Origin: a bacterium
GTDB lineage: Bacteria; SAR324; NAC60-12
NCBI GenBank assembly: GCA_965209155.1
Contig: OZ242383.1
Location: 800,001 to 864,000 of the forward strand
Reading direction: 5' to 3'
Length of the DNA: 64,000 nt
Positions 21,709 to 31,647 of the stretch are shown here, one piece after another. The notes beneath the pieces are model-generated. The model saw nothing but the letters and a program-made list of their open reading frames with translations, was not told the DNA's origin and did not search any database. Both the position numbers and the translations under genes were made by a program. Within the stretch, counting starts at the first letter, position 1. Each line of letters opens with the position of its first letter.

Positions 21709-23472
21709 CTATTCGAGAGGGCCGCGGCCACTCATTTCCTTCTTCATTTGCTCGTCGATCCAGACCAACTTGAAGGTCTTCTGGTTATTGTTAACGACGA
21801 TTCCATAGTAGTTCTTGACCCAGGGTTGCCAAGCCGTATACTGGGCTTCGTTCGGGAAATGCACATGACACATCATCTCGATGATATCATACTGAATGTC
21901 TATCCATAACGCGACATGCTCGTCTTTGGGCATCAGTTCCCCCATCAAGCGTCTGAGATTTTTCTCGATGTTTGGTCCTTGGGGGGTGTGGTCGAACGTC
22001 CCACAAATCGGGTGGCTCGAGGTAGTGGGCCAAAAGTGGTAGCCAAAGGTATCATCGTACCCCTTGACTCCGGTACCCGATTGGTTAAAAAAGGTCTCGT
22101 GCTTCCGGTCGGGGACTCGACCCCAAGGTGATTCCACCACGTCGAATTTGACTCGTATGCCCACGTCATTGAAGAAGCTCTGGTAGAGTTCCGCCCATCC
22201 TTGAACACTGGCGTCCAGCATGGCTACGGTATCAAAGCCGTCCGGGTAACCGGCTTCCGCCAGCAGTTGCTTGGCTTTTTCCGGTTTGTATTCCCAAAGC
22301 TCAGCGAGTTCCGGTCGTTCCTTTTTCATAGTTTCATAGTTGACGTAATACGGAGCCATACTGGGCAAGCTCAAGTAATAGAAGCCAGGAGGATCTCCGC
22401 CGCTATTTCCCTTTATGACGTTTTCAGCCACACCAAATTGATCGACGGCCAACATGGCGGCATACCGCACCCGTGGGTCATTCCAAGGCGAATTGTCCTG
22501 GGCGGCTTTTTCCAGGTTGATCGAAAACCACCGGTTCCCAGGTTCTCCTTCAGCAAACTGCAATTGGGGATTCGTCTTCTCGAGTTCGAGTTTATCTCTC
22601 CAATCCACGCCGATACTCCACGAGCCAAAATTGACGTCCAGTTTGCCGGAACGCAAGGCGGCCAGCCGGGAGGCTTGATCTTTCATAACGATATAGCGCA
22701 CCTCGTCGAGATAGGGTATCCGGTTGTGGGGGCGAACGGGGTCCACCATCCAATAGTCGGTATTTTTTTTGAATCTCCCGGAAACTCCTTCCAGGTGCTC
22801 GACAGGCACAAAGGGTCCGGTGCCCAGGGCGTTCTTCCAGTCGTTCATGTCGATTCCCTGTTCCCAGACCTCGCGGGGTGGTGGGTGAATATTCAGGAAT
22901 CGATTGAATGGGCTATTGGAGGTATCCCCCCGCGACATTTTCAATTCAATCGTATAATCATCCTTGGCCGTCCACTCCCAAATATCACGCAAGGCATGAA
23001 GAGTGTTTGTGGGGGTTTGGTATGCTTGATCGAGGAGCGCGATGATATCATGGGCATTCAAAGTCCGCCCGTAGGCCGATGCGATGCTCTCGTGGTAGCT
23101 CGGAGCCGTGTCCTGATCCCAGAATTTGATTCCCGGACGGATATAGAACACCATGTGATCAGGAGCTGGCTGCTCGTATTGATACACCAAAAGTCCGATC
23201 CATTGATCGCGATAGGCGGTGATGTTTCCCACCAAAGGAGAAGTATTGTAACCCTGCTGCGCCTTGACGATATCAGGCTGAAACAGGGTATCATAAATGA
23301 TAAGCGTATTGTGATGCGCACCCCAGTTATTCGAATTGGGGTTCCATCCTTCACCCACCGGAAAGTGGACCCAATTGACCGAACCTCCATAAGAGGGGGT
23401 CAAGTCGGGTGAGGCGAACGTAAAGCTCGTCATCGTGATTGCCAAAACAAAAACTAACAGAAATTTCTTCAT
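21709..23472 (-). CDS. Family 5 ABC substrate-binding protein
   Basis: Signal peptide, PSYGG, GTGPF, SRLAALRSGKLD, KAKQLLAEAGYPDGF; RBS GGAGG. Confidence 0.88.
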   Translation of the reverse strand: MKKFLLVFVLAITMTSFTFASPDLTPSYGGSVNWVHFPVGEGWNPNSNNWGAHHNTLIIYDTLFQPDIVKAQQGYNTSPLVGNITAYRDQWIGLLVYQYEQPAPDHMVFYIRPGIKFWDQDTAPSYHESIASAYGRTLNAHDIIALLDQAYQTPTNTLHALRDIWEWTAKDDYTIELKMSRGDTSNSPFNRFLNIHPPPREVWEQGIDMNDWKNALGTGPFVPVEHLEGVSGRFKKNTDYWMVDPVRPHNRIPYLDEVRYIVMKDQASRLAALRSGKLDVNFGSWSIGVDWRDKLELEKTNPQLQFAEGEPGNRWFSINLEKAAQDNSPWNDPRVRYAAMLAVDQFGVAENVIKGNSGGDPPGFYYLSLPSMAPYYVNYETMKKERPELAELWEYKPEKAKQLLAEAGYPDGFDTVAMLDASVQGWAELYQSFFNDVGIRVKFDVVESPWGRVPDRKHETFFNQSGTGVKGYDDTFGYHFWPTTSSHPICGTFDHTPQGPNIEKNLRRLMGELMPKDEHVALWIDIQYDIIEMMCHVHFPNEAQYTAWQPWVKNYYGIVVNNNQKTFKLVWIDEQMKKEMSGRGPLE

Positions 23473-23521
23473 TTTATCCTCCGTCTATTGAAATTAATCA
23501 AAAAGATTCAATCTCCCATTG

Positions 23522-23818
23522 GTAACTATTCAGGTCTCAGAAAAACCCGTTTAGCTAAATATCATTAAATAAAAGATTCCCGGAGAGGACCGATCGTTTT
23601 CAAGTCCTCCCACGTTATGATTCAATCGATCGGGAACCCTCTCTTTCACTAAAACAACTTAGTGAAGGCATGATTTTGACAAAATGTATATATTTTTTTG
23701 TATAATGTCAACCCCAAATGAAAAAAAAAGCAGGATTCGTAAAAAAATTAAAAATCTATCAATCAGGGAGATCCGCTTCGTTATGATCATGAGCCAAAAA
23801 GCGAATGTTCACTCCACA
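23522..23818 (-). mobile_element. IS66 right-end fragment (~297 bp)
   Basis: Starts GTAACTATTCAGGTCTC; colinear homology with 35509-~35800 and, inverted, with ~29465-29769. Confidence 0.85.
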
Positions 23819-23854
23819 TCAAAACCCTCGGAGACGGTCTGGTTTATTTAGTAA

Positions 23855-25183
23855 CTATGTGTTCACCGAGACGGCCTCCTCGATGTCCTGGCGCGGTAGT
23901 CCCTCCTCATCGTCGCAGAGCATCTTGACCACGTCCTGCAGCTCTCTGTGGGTTAACGCTGCGTGGACGCTCGCTGCCTTGGCAAAGGCATCCGCCGATT
24001 CGACTTTGTTGTCTCTTGCCCGAAGGTCACGCACAAATGACGGCACGATGCACGTCAGCATCGCCCAGCGCTCCTCGCCAGAGACATTCAGCTCTGGAGG
24101 CGCCCTATGGTAGGTGCGCGAGTCGTAGAGGATGCCGGAACCAGCGGTAAACGAAGGCTGGACAACGTCCTGGAACGGACCTTCCCCCGCGACTGTCGGC
24201 ACCTCGTTCATCTCTGTCGGCGGCGGGGTGTCGAACTCATGGGAACCCAGAACGAACTGCGTGGCGCCCGTTTCCGGCGTGAAATCGGTCAGCGCGATGT
24301 TGAACTGCATCCCCAGCCTGTCCTTGCGTCCCTTCCAGTCTGGATACCGCGGTGAGATTGACGCATCAAGCTTCTCGAATTCCTCCGGGCCCAGCATGTA
24401 AGTGTGAGCTTCAGTCTCGCTCGTGAGCGGGTAGGGGTAGTCGGCGTGCCAACCACCGGGCATGACACGGGCATTCTCTCCAGTCTTCTCTGCGGGCCTT
24501 AGGATTGAGATCGCCGGTAATTGACAGTAATGGATGGAGTCGACTCCGAGGTAGCTCTCGATCAGCCACAACGAGATCGGGTGCATCAGTGCTTGCGCAA
24601 CCGCCGGCGTCCTACAAAAGAAACTCTCGCCCTTGTCCATTAGCGCTTGCGGGCGAATGAGGTTGTCGAAGGAACTGTACGGGCGGCTGTCCTGGGCTGC
24701 CTTCACCTTGGCCTCCTTCTCGGCTCCCTTCTCCCGCACGATGTTCACGTTCGCAACCAGGTTCGCCACCATCGCGGGGCTCATGACGTTCTCCACTACG
24801 GTCCACCCCTGCATCTCGAGCTCAGCGAGGTAAACCGATGGCAGGCGGGCCGGCGCCTCACGCGCTGAAAACACGAGCTGATCCCCCAGATCAGCCAGCT
24901 TGGGCGCGTCGCCTGTGAGGCGGTATTTCTGCGGCACGAGCAGGCTCGCGCCGGGACCGAACGCCGCGTCGATCTCCGCCGCCCGGTTCGAGTCCGGCAG
25001 CTCGCCGGAGGGCTCGACCATCACTGTGGCCCCCGTCACGGCGTTCCGTAAGCGTGAAGTGCTCTCCCACTCCCACATGCAACTGTCGTCGCATCGCGGA
25101 CGCAGCCCAAAGCCGCTTTCTTCCGTCCCATCGCACAAGTGTAGGCCCGTGGACTTGCTTACAAGCAGTATGTAGTCGTGCAT
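23855..25183 (-). CDS. Phytanoyl-CoA dioxygenase (PhyH)-family Fe/2OG oxygenase
   Basis: GWHADYP, IALTDFTPETGATQFVLGSH, YDSRTYH (HxD...H); GC higher than the host flanks. Confidence 0.8.
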   Translation of the reverse strand: MHDYILLVSKSTGLHLCDGTEESGFGLRPRCDDSCMWEWESTSRLRNAVTGATVMVEPSGELPDSNRAAEIDAAFGPGASLLVPQKYRLTGDAPKLADLGDQLVFSAREAPARLPSVYLAELEMQGWTVVENVMSPAMVANLVANVNIVREKGAEKEAKVKAAQDSRPYSSFDNLIRPQALMDKGESFFCRTPAVAQALMHPISLWLIESYLGVDSIHYCQLPAISILRPAEKTGENARVMPGGWHADYPYPLTSETEAHTYMLGPEEFEKLDASISPRYPDWKGRKDRLGMQFNIALTDFTPETGATQFVLGSHEFDTPPPTEMNEVPTVAGEGPFQDVVQPSFTAGSGILYDSRTYHRAPPELNVSGEERWAMLTCIVPSFVRDLRARDNKVESADAFAKAASVHAALTHRELQDVVKMLCDDEEGLPRQDIEEAVSVNT

Positions 25184-25200
25184 GAAGACCTCTCTCGCGC

Positions 25201-25249
25201 GTAACTATTCAGGTCTCTGAAAAACCCGTTCAGTTCAATATCATTAAAT
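25201..25249 (-). mobile_element. IS66 right-end short fragment (~47 bp)
   Basis: GTAACTATTCAGGTCTCTGAAAAACCCGTTCAGTTCAATATCATTAA; near identical to 29813-29767 (reverse complement) and 23522-23568. Confidence 0.85.
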
Positions 25250-25850
25250 TCAGAAAATCGCGAATATTACTGAAAACGTTGTGGTTCAAATCCCAGTAAT
25301 TTTTCTTTGCTGCCACACCCACGGAAACATGGGGCTCAGGCTTTGTTGTCAGATAAGCAAACGCGCGGGCCTTCTCCTGTCTCTTGACAGACATATCAAG
25401 CAAATCTTCTATGCACTTGAAAAAGTCATCGATACAGCGATCCTCCGGGGTACCCGCAAAGCTTTCGCAAAGAAGCGTTTCGAGCATACCCTGGCGATTG
25501 TTGCCGGGCAATATCAGTACCGTCACCTTCGGGAGGGTAGCAGTGGGTTCTTCGGGGTGGGGTGGAACAGGCAGTTTGGCGTTCGTTAATGAAGTCTGAA
25601 CACTTTGAAACGCCCCTTCTGCGGATCTTTCCGCATCACGTACGATGCCAATACTCTCAACAATCTCATGAAAATGCGGCATGTTCACAAGTGCAAGGAG
25701 GAAACTACGCAATTCGTCGACACCGCCGAAGTCCTGGATCTGGATATTCGGGAACGATAGATGCTCAATGAGCGCTTCAAAGAAATTGAGTTGGTCCTTG
25801 CCCTCCACGAGCAGTTGAATTTTCGACTCGATTTGTTTTGCTATTGCCAT
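25230..25850 (-). CDS. DUF3226-like TOPRIM-fold protein
   Basis: LLVEGKDQ, IGIVRDAE, GMLETL; the last codons and stop come from the IS66 end fragment. Confidence 0.7.
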   Translation of the reverse strand: MAIAKQIESKIQLLVEGKDQLNFFEALIEHLSFPNIQIQDFGGVDELRSFLLALVNMPHFHEIVESIGIVRDAERSAEGAFQSVQTSLTNAKLPVPPHPEEPTATLPKVTVLILPGNNRQGMLETLLCESFAGTPEDRCIDDFFKCIEDLLDMSVKRQEKARAFAYLTTKPEPHVSVGVAAKKNYWDLNHNVFSNIRDFLNLMILN

Positions 25851-25852
25851 AC

Positions 25853-26893
25853 CTAACGAACCTCGAGACTGTGTCCGATCGCGGCATCGATTGCATCCGG
25901 TTCATAGGTAACGCAGCGATTCTTCTTGTCAGCGATTTCAAGCCTGTGCAGGCGAAAATTGTCGGGACTCAAGGACGTATGGGCTGCGTTCACGCATTCA
26001 AGACTGTGCGTGGTTGCGAATATTTGAGTGTGGAATTGCCTGGCCGCTTCGGCAATGACCCTCCAGAAATCGGGTAGTACGGAGTGATGAATGCCATTTT
26101 CTATTTCGTCCACCAGCACGACGCCACCTGGAACGGAAGCTATGGCCAGGACGAGCCGGGCAATTTGAATCATCCCTTCCCCCATGACTGCCATCGGCAC
26201 CAGTTCGGGCCACCCGATGTCTCCCCAGATCATGGGGATCCCACTGGAAGAATTATCCTCGATGCTCAACAGTCTCGGCTCGACGACCTGTAGTGCTTTC
26301 AAGAGCAAATCTCCCCGTTTCTGTCGTCTCAATCTACCGAGTCTCATGGCATCATCGGGAGTACTCCTGGTACGAGACGAAAGAATAACCGCCTGAAAGG
26401 GAGCATTTATAACAGGCTGATCGACCTTGACTTCCTGTCCTTCCATATAAATACGACTTTTAACTGGTTTTTTTGAACGACAGCTATAAAGAAATATTAG
26501 TGAACCATCAAAAAGATTAGTAACCGAAATGCCGGTAGTACGATCTAGAGAAATTCCGGTGGTGGCTTGGCGTTCCGATTCGATTTTTAAAGACAATAGA
26601 CCTTGAGCCGTGTGATTTCCCTCGATCTCAATGGACTGCCCCATGTCCAGATTAGAGAAGAGTTGCTTCCACAAGGGCTCGCCTGGCGGAACACTGATCG
26701 TATCCAGGCCGCGAATAATATTGACGTTCACTGCCATTTGCGCGTTTCCGGATCCCGTCAACAGAAAAACTGCCTCGAGCAAACTGGTTTTGCCAACGTT
26801 GTTTTTGCCGGCAATGAGGTTGATATCACTCAATTGGTCGATTTTGAGTTCGTTGAAGCCTCGAAAATTTCGTACCTGTAAACTTTCGAACAT
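25853..26893 (-). CDS. AAA_15/AAA_21 (ABC-type) ATPase
   Basis: VRNFRGF, Walker A GKNNVGKT, MGEG, VLVDEIENGIH, FATTHS. Confidence 0.88.
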   Translation of the reverse strand: MFESLQVRNFRGFNELKIDQLSDINLIAGKNNVGKTSLLEAVFLLTGSGNAQMAVNVNIIRGLDTISVPPGEPLWKQLFSNLDMGQSIEIEGNHTAQGLLSLKIESERQATTGISLDRTTGISVTNLFDGSLIFLYSCRSKKPVKSRIYMEGQEVKVDQPVINAPFQAVILSSRTRSTPDDAMRLGRLRRQKRGDLLLKALQVVEPRLLSIEDNSSSGIPMIWGDIGWPELVPMAVMGEGMIQIARLVLAIASVPGGVVLVDEIENGIHHSVLPDFWRVIAEAARQFHTQIFATTHSLECVNAAHTSLSPDNFRLHRLEIADKKNRCVTYEPDAIDAAIGHSLEVR

Positions 26894-27252
26894 CGCTTTC
26901 ACGCCTTGTTTAAATCTGGTTGACCTCGTTTTTTTCATGTTCTTTGAAATTGTACGTTTCGACATCGCTTACATGCCTCATCCCATCTTTTTCATTTTCC
27001 TGGTTTGGTGTTGATCCAGGACCCGTTTTGGAAGGATTCAGTTTCAGGTTTTACAGTTGATTCAAACTCATATAACGTTCTCATGGCAATTTCACTTATA
27101 TCATTGAACGGCTGCCCAATAAATAGAAAAGTCCACAAAACGGACAAGGTCCACTCCCCTTAACGCGACGAGTCATTGGGGCAATTGCCCTTATTTACTT
27201 GAAATTCTATTTCGTGGTCAAGCTTGCAAGTTTGGAAAAAATCTTTTAAGTA

Positions 27253-27491
27253 ACCTGAGTTCGAGATAAGCTTTTAACAAATTCAATATGTTAAGGAATC
27301 TTCATATCTCAGAGAAACCTTGTCATTCCTGGCTTGACCAGGAATCCAGGGGTAGGCAGATAGACTGAAATCTGGATCCCCGCTCCCCGCTCCCTGCTTT
27401 CGCAGGGACAAGTTTAGCAGGGACAAGTTTAGCGAGGATGACCTATACACCAGAATATTCCAATTATTGAAGATTAACGTCGAACTCGGGT
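27253..27491. mobile_element. MITE family B copy 2 with doubly nested hairpin
   Basis: TIR ACCTGAGTTCGA/TCGAACTCGGGT; colinear with the reverse complement of 5047-5240. Confidence 0.75.
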
Positions 27492-27684
27492 TAGGCAGGC
27501 TACTGATTTTACTTTTATCCCTGAGTTTCAGGGTTCATCAATTGAGGAAATGGATCAAGTAGTCAGAGAATCTCCAAGGTCGACTCGAAACCCTCCAGGT
27601 TCGAATCTTTGCTTGAATTTCAAAACATCCAGGCCTGACCTCGTTAGAAACAATTTCTATATTGATATTGATCAGATCACTCAA

Positions 27685-27801
27685 TTAACCCGACCTGTGA
27701 AGTTCAATGAGTTTTTTTGAATACCGATCGGTTATCTGCTTGTTTAAGCTGCCATTAGATTCGTCATCGCGATTTAAACCAAACACTTTTTTAGGAAAAT
27801 T
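27685..27801 (-). pseudogene. 3' part of split gamma-carbonic-anhydrase-like gene
   Basis: Reads NFPKKVFGLNRDDESNGSLNKQITDRYSKKLIELHRSG*, in frame with ...IWAIQKNLNFP at 37575 once the insertion and one GGAAAATT copy are removed. Confidence 0.85.
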
Positions 27802-28019
27802 GTAACTATTCAGGTATCTTCAGAGAACCCATCGATTTAAACACAGATTTTGCGTAGCATAGAGTCCGGAAAAGACTTCATCCTCTCGAAAGTTCAAAAA
27901 TATATTGATTCCCTTTCATCAATTCCCCACCTCGAAGCTCTTCAAGAAGCCAGTCAACACTTTGAAAAAGAACGAGAGCCATGGAAGCAAGAGCGCTTAG
28001 CACTCTGATTTACCTCCCT

Positions 28020-29408
28020 GAGATATAGTCGAAAGTTGGGGATGGACTAAATTTGAAGGTGGCGTATCCTATTGATGGGAATTTAAAATAAATAGAATTA
28101 CATCAAAGAAAGGATACGCCAATGAGCAACTATAACGTGATTGATCTGGAGAAGCCAGAGCAAATTATTGAAGATCATTTGAGTGAACTTTTGAGAGTGA
28201 AAGCCAGGAAGATACTTTCTGAAGCGTTGGAATTGGAGATGGAAATATTCATGAAGGAATATCAGTCCTATCGACTCTCGGATGGACGTCAGCGAGTGGT
28301 TCGTCATGGTTATCATCAAGATCGGGAGATTCAGACGGGAATTGGTTCTATATCCGTGAAAGTTCCGCGGAGTAAAGATCGTCAAAGCACCTCATCAGAG
28401 GAAAGGATTCGATTTTCTTCCAAGTTGATCCCCCCTTATCTGAGGAAAAGTAAAAGTATTGAAGCCCTGATTCCCTGGCTGTATCTGAAAGGGATTTCCA
28501 CTGGTGGCTTTCAGGAGGCGCTCGCAGCGATTTTAGGTAAAAGAGCGGCGGGCTTGTCTTCAGCGACAGTGAGCCGTCTTAAATCAAGCTGGTATGAGGA
28601 TTGGAAAGCCTGGAAACAACGGGATCTCTCCCAGAGTCATTATGTTTATCTCTGGGTCGATGGCGTGTATTGCAATGTGAGAATGGATAAAGATAAACAA
28701 TGCCTCTTGGTGATTGTGGGGGCAACAGAAAATGGAGATAAAGAGCTCGTTGCCTTGGAAGATGGCTACCGGGAAAGTGAGCAATCCTGGAGGGAACTGC
28801 TGATGGATCTGAAGCACCGGGGATTGACTGAGGCCCCTAAAATCGCTGTGGGAGACGGAGCGATGGGATTTTGGAAAGCTTTGAAAAAAGTCTATCCTCA
28901 GAGCAAAGAGCAGCGTTGTTGGATGCACAAAACGGGAAACATTCTCAACTATTTACCAAAAAGGGAGCATCATAAAGCCAAGGATCGTCTCCATCAAATT
29001 TGGATGGCCAGCAGCAAAGAGGAAGCTTTCAAAGCCTTAAAGCATTTTGTTGACATGTATGAGGCGAAATATCCTAAAGCCACTCACTGCTTGATTAAAG
29101 ATCAGGAGACCTTGATGGCCTTCTATGATTTCCCGGCAGAGCATTGGAGGCATTTGAGAACGAGCAATCCCATTGAATCCACCTTCGCTACTGTCAAACT
29201 GAGAACTGCCAAAGTCAGAGGTTGTTTCTCAAGAAATACCGTCTTGACGATGGCATTCAAATTAATGGAATCCGCTCAGAAAAATTGGATCCGATTACAC
29301 GGATTTAAACGATTAGCCGAAGTGATAGAGGGAGTACAATTTGTCGATGGAATTCCTCAATACAGGATCGCCGCCTGAATTGCCATCCCCAGAATTTGAC
29401 TATAACTC
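28020..29408 (+). mobile_element. IS256-family insertion sequence
   Basis: TIRs GAGATATAGTCGAAAGTTGGGGATGG / CCATCCCCAGAATTTGACTATAACTC; 9-bp TSD TACCTCCCT (28011-28019, 29409-29417). Confidence 0.92.
28122..29378 (+). CDS. IS256-family transposase
   Basis: YLWVDGV, VGDGAMGF, QRCWMHK, RTSNPIES. Confidence 0.93.
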   Translation: MSNYNVIDLEKPEQIIEDHLSELLRVKARKILSEALELEMEIFMKEYQSYRLSDGRQRVVRHGYHQDREIQTGIGSISVKVPRSKDRQSTSSEERIRFSSKLIPPYLRKSKSIEALIPWLYLKGISTGGFQEALAAILGKRAAGLSSATVSRLKSSWYEDWKAWKQRDLSQSHYVYLWVDGVYCNVRMDKDKQCLLVIVGATENGDKELVALEDGYRESEQSWRELLMDLKHRGLTEAPKIAVGDGAMGFWKALKKVYPQSKEQRCWMHKTGNILNYLPKREHHKAKDRLHQIWMASSKEEAFKALKHFVDMYEAKYPKATHCLIKDQETLMAFYDFPAEHWRHLRTSNPIESTFATVKLRTAKVRGCFSRNTVLTMAFKLMESAQKNWIRLHGFKRLAEVIEGVQFVDGIPQYRIAA

Positions 29409-29846
29409 TACCTCCCTGGCAAAGCGTTTACGATCATTATCGCCATTGGAAAAAACACTGGATTGTGGAGTGAACCTTCGCTTTTTGGCTCATGATCATA
29501 CAAGAAGTGGATCTCCCTGATTGATAGATTTTTTAATTTTTTTTACGAATCCTGCATTTTTTTTAATTTGGGGGTTGACATTATGCAAAATATATATATT
29601 GCCAAAATCATACCTTACTAAGTTGTTTTAGTGAAGTTGTTTTAGTGAAAGAAGAGGGTTTCCGATCGATGGAACAATATCGTGGGAGGACTTGAAAACG
29701 ATCAGTCCTCTCCGGAAATTTTTTTCAACGTTATTTGACTAAACGGGTTTTCAGAGACCTGAATAGTTAATGATATTTAACTGAACGGATTTTTCAGAGA
29801 CCTGAACAGTTACCTTTTTATTAAACCTCCAATTGTAAGAGGAACC

Positions 29847-31643
29847 ATGAAAAATAGGAAAAGAACCATGAAAAAGAATATGAAAGCATGCGCATTTTTA
29901 CTACAGGCCGTCATCCTCGGTACGACCACGTTATGGGTCAGCCCGGCAGCCGTAACCGCGCAAGAGAAGGTCACCAATGTCTGGGGGGAGATGGTGGATA
30001 AACCAAGGTACGGTGGGATCATCACCGTGCCCGCAATGTGGGATATTGATCCTGAGCACTGCGACCCTTGGCACAATTGGCTGGGGAGTATATGTGCCAA
30101 TCCCGTCCTGGAGAAGATGGGCAGAGGCGACTGGTCAATAAAACGTGAGGAGTTCAGCTTCCAGAGCCGTTTCGTCCCTTTAAGCAGGGCTACGCCGAGT
30201 CTGGCGGAGAGCTATGAGACGCCGGATCCACTCACCATCATCTACCATATCCGCAAGGGCGTTCACTGGCAAGACAAGCCCCCCATGAACGGGAGAGAGC
30301 TGGATGCCAATGACGTTGCCTATGCCTTCCAGCGGAATTTCGGTCTTGGCGATTGGAAGGAACAGGGGCCCACGAAGTGGGGCCACATGGCGGGGAAGGC
30401 TCCTGTCGTATCGATTACGGCGACCGATAAATGGACGGTGGTGGTCAAGTCGACCAGCTACAGTCCTTTGACGGAACATTGGTTGTACTTTGAGGGTTGG
30501 GAAGATTCGTGGGTATCGCCTCCCGAGGTGTTGAAGCAGCATGGGCACCATAAGGACTGGAAAAACACTATCGGCACCGGCCCCTTTATGATTACCGACC
30601 GTGTTGAAGGCAGCTCCCTGACCTACACCAAGAACCCCAACTATTGGGCAACCTCCCAGCGTTACCCGGGGATGCGCCTGCCGTTTGTCGACGAGTTAAA
30701 AATTCTCATTATGAAAGATCAGTCGACAAAAATTGCGGCGCTCCGTACGGGTAAGATCGATGAGTTGCTCGGTGTCTCCTTTGAGCAGGCAGAGGCCCTC
30801 GAAAAGTCCAACCCCTATTTGCTCAAAGCAGTACAAGAGGGTGTGAAAGGAAACCAAACCGTCCCCACCATGAACGTCACCAGGCCACCCTTCAACGACA
30901 TCAGGGTACGCCAGGCCATGCAGAAGGCGCTCAATCTGGAGGAGATCGCCAAGGGTTACTACAAGGGCCAAGCGCTCAGCGTCCCTTTCGGGATTGGCGG
31001 TCCATCGGTAGTCTCGGAGGGGTACGACATCCCATTTGAGGAATGGCCGGAAGATATCAAGGAAGGTTACCGGTATGACCCGGAGGGGGCGAAACGACTC
31101 CTGGCCGAGGCTGGTTATCCCAGCGGCTTCGAGTTCACGCTTGACACGGCAGCCAACCAAGACAATGACATTGTACAGCTGTACAAGGCCTACTGGTCAC
31201 AGATCGGCGTAACCGCCAACATCAACGTTATGGACGGTGCCGCCGCGTTAGCTGCGAAAGCGGCTGAAAGGAAATTCGACATGGTAATGTGGGGCAGCAG
31301 AGGCATTGAATACCATCCCTTTGGCCGCGTGAGCAGCTATCAGGGAGACTACGTTGAAAATATTTCTGGATGGGCGGACCCGCACTATGACAAACTCTCC
31401 GATAATTTCTACTTCGCGCCAAACCTGGAGGCGTTGAGGAAGGCGTCGGTGGAGGTAAGCCAGTACTTCGCCAAAGGGCAGATCAACCTGGCTTCCCCTT
31501 TAGGCCACGACTTTCACTTCGCCCAGCCATGGCTCAAGGGCGGCTGGTGGGGGCAGGACGGCATGGGCGGCGGTATGCTCTATGCCCACTTCGGCCGGTA
31601 CTGGGTTGACCAGGACCTGAAGAAGCAGTTACTCGGACAATAA
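29847..31643 (+). CDS. Family 5 ABC substrate-binding protein
   Basis: KPRYGG, KPPMNGRELDANDV, IGTGPF, AALRTGKID, LLAEAGYPSGF. Confidence 0.88.
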   Translation: MKNRKRTMKKNMKACAFLLQAVILGTTTLWVSPAAVTAQEKVTNVWGEMVDKPRYGGIITVPAMWDIDPEHCDPWHNWLGSICANPVLEKMGRGDWSIKREEFSFQSRFVPLSRATPSLAESYETPDPLTIIYHIRKGVHWQDKPPMNGRELDANDVAYAFQRNFGLGDWKEQGPTKWGHMAGKAPVVSITATDKWTVVVKSTSYSPLTEHWLYFEGWEDSWVSPPEVLKQHGHHKDWKNTIGTGPFMITDRVEGSSLTYTKNPNYWATSQRYPGMRLPFVDELKILIMKDQSTKIAALRTGKIDELLGVSFEQAEALEKSNPYLLKAVQEGVKGNQTVPTMNVTRPPFNDIRVRQAMQKALNLEEIAKGYYKGQALSVPFGIGGPSVVSEGYDIPFEEWPEDIKEGYRYDPEGAKRLLAEAGYPSGFEFTLDTAANQDNDIVQLYKAYWSQIGVTANINVMDGAAALAAKAAERKFDMVMWGSRGIEYHPFGRVSSYQGDYVENISGWADPHYDKLSDNFYFAPNLEALRKASVEVSQYFAKGQINLASPLGHDFHFAQPWLKGGWWGQDGMGGGMLYAHFGRYWVDQDLKKQLLGQ

Positions 31644-31647
31644 CCGG

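Larger units (their letters stand above)
27802..29813 (+). mobile_element. Internally deleted non-autonomous IS66 copy (contains IS256; doubled right terminus)
   Basis: 27802-~28000 matches the left end and degenerate tnp 5' part of the full copy; ~28005-28019 plus 29418-29769 match the right end; extra 44-bp terminus at 29770-29813. Confidence 0.85.

Noticed and set aside
22201..23412. 403-aa plus-strand ORF
   Set aside because: Antisense to the well-supported SBP gene.
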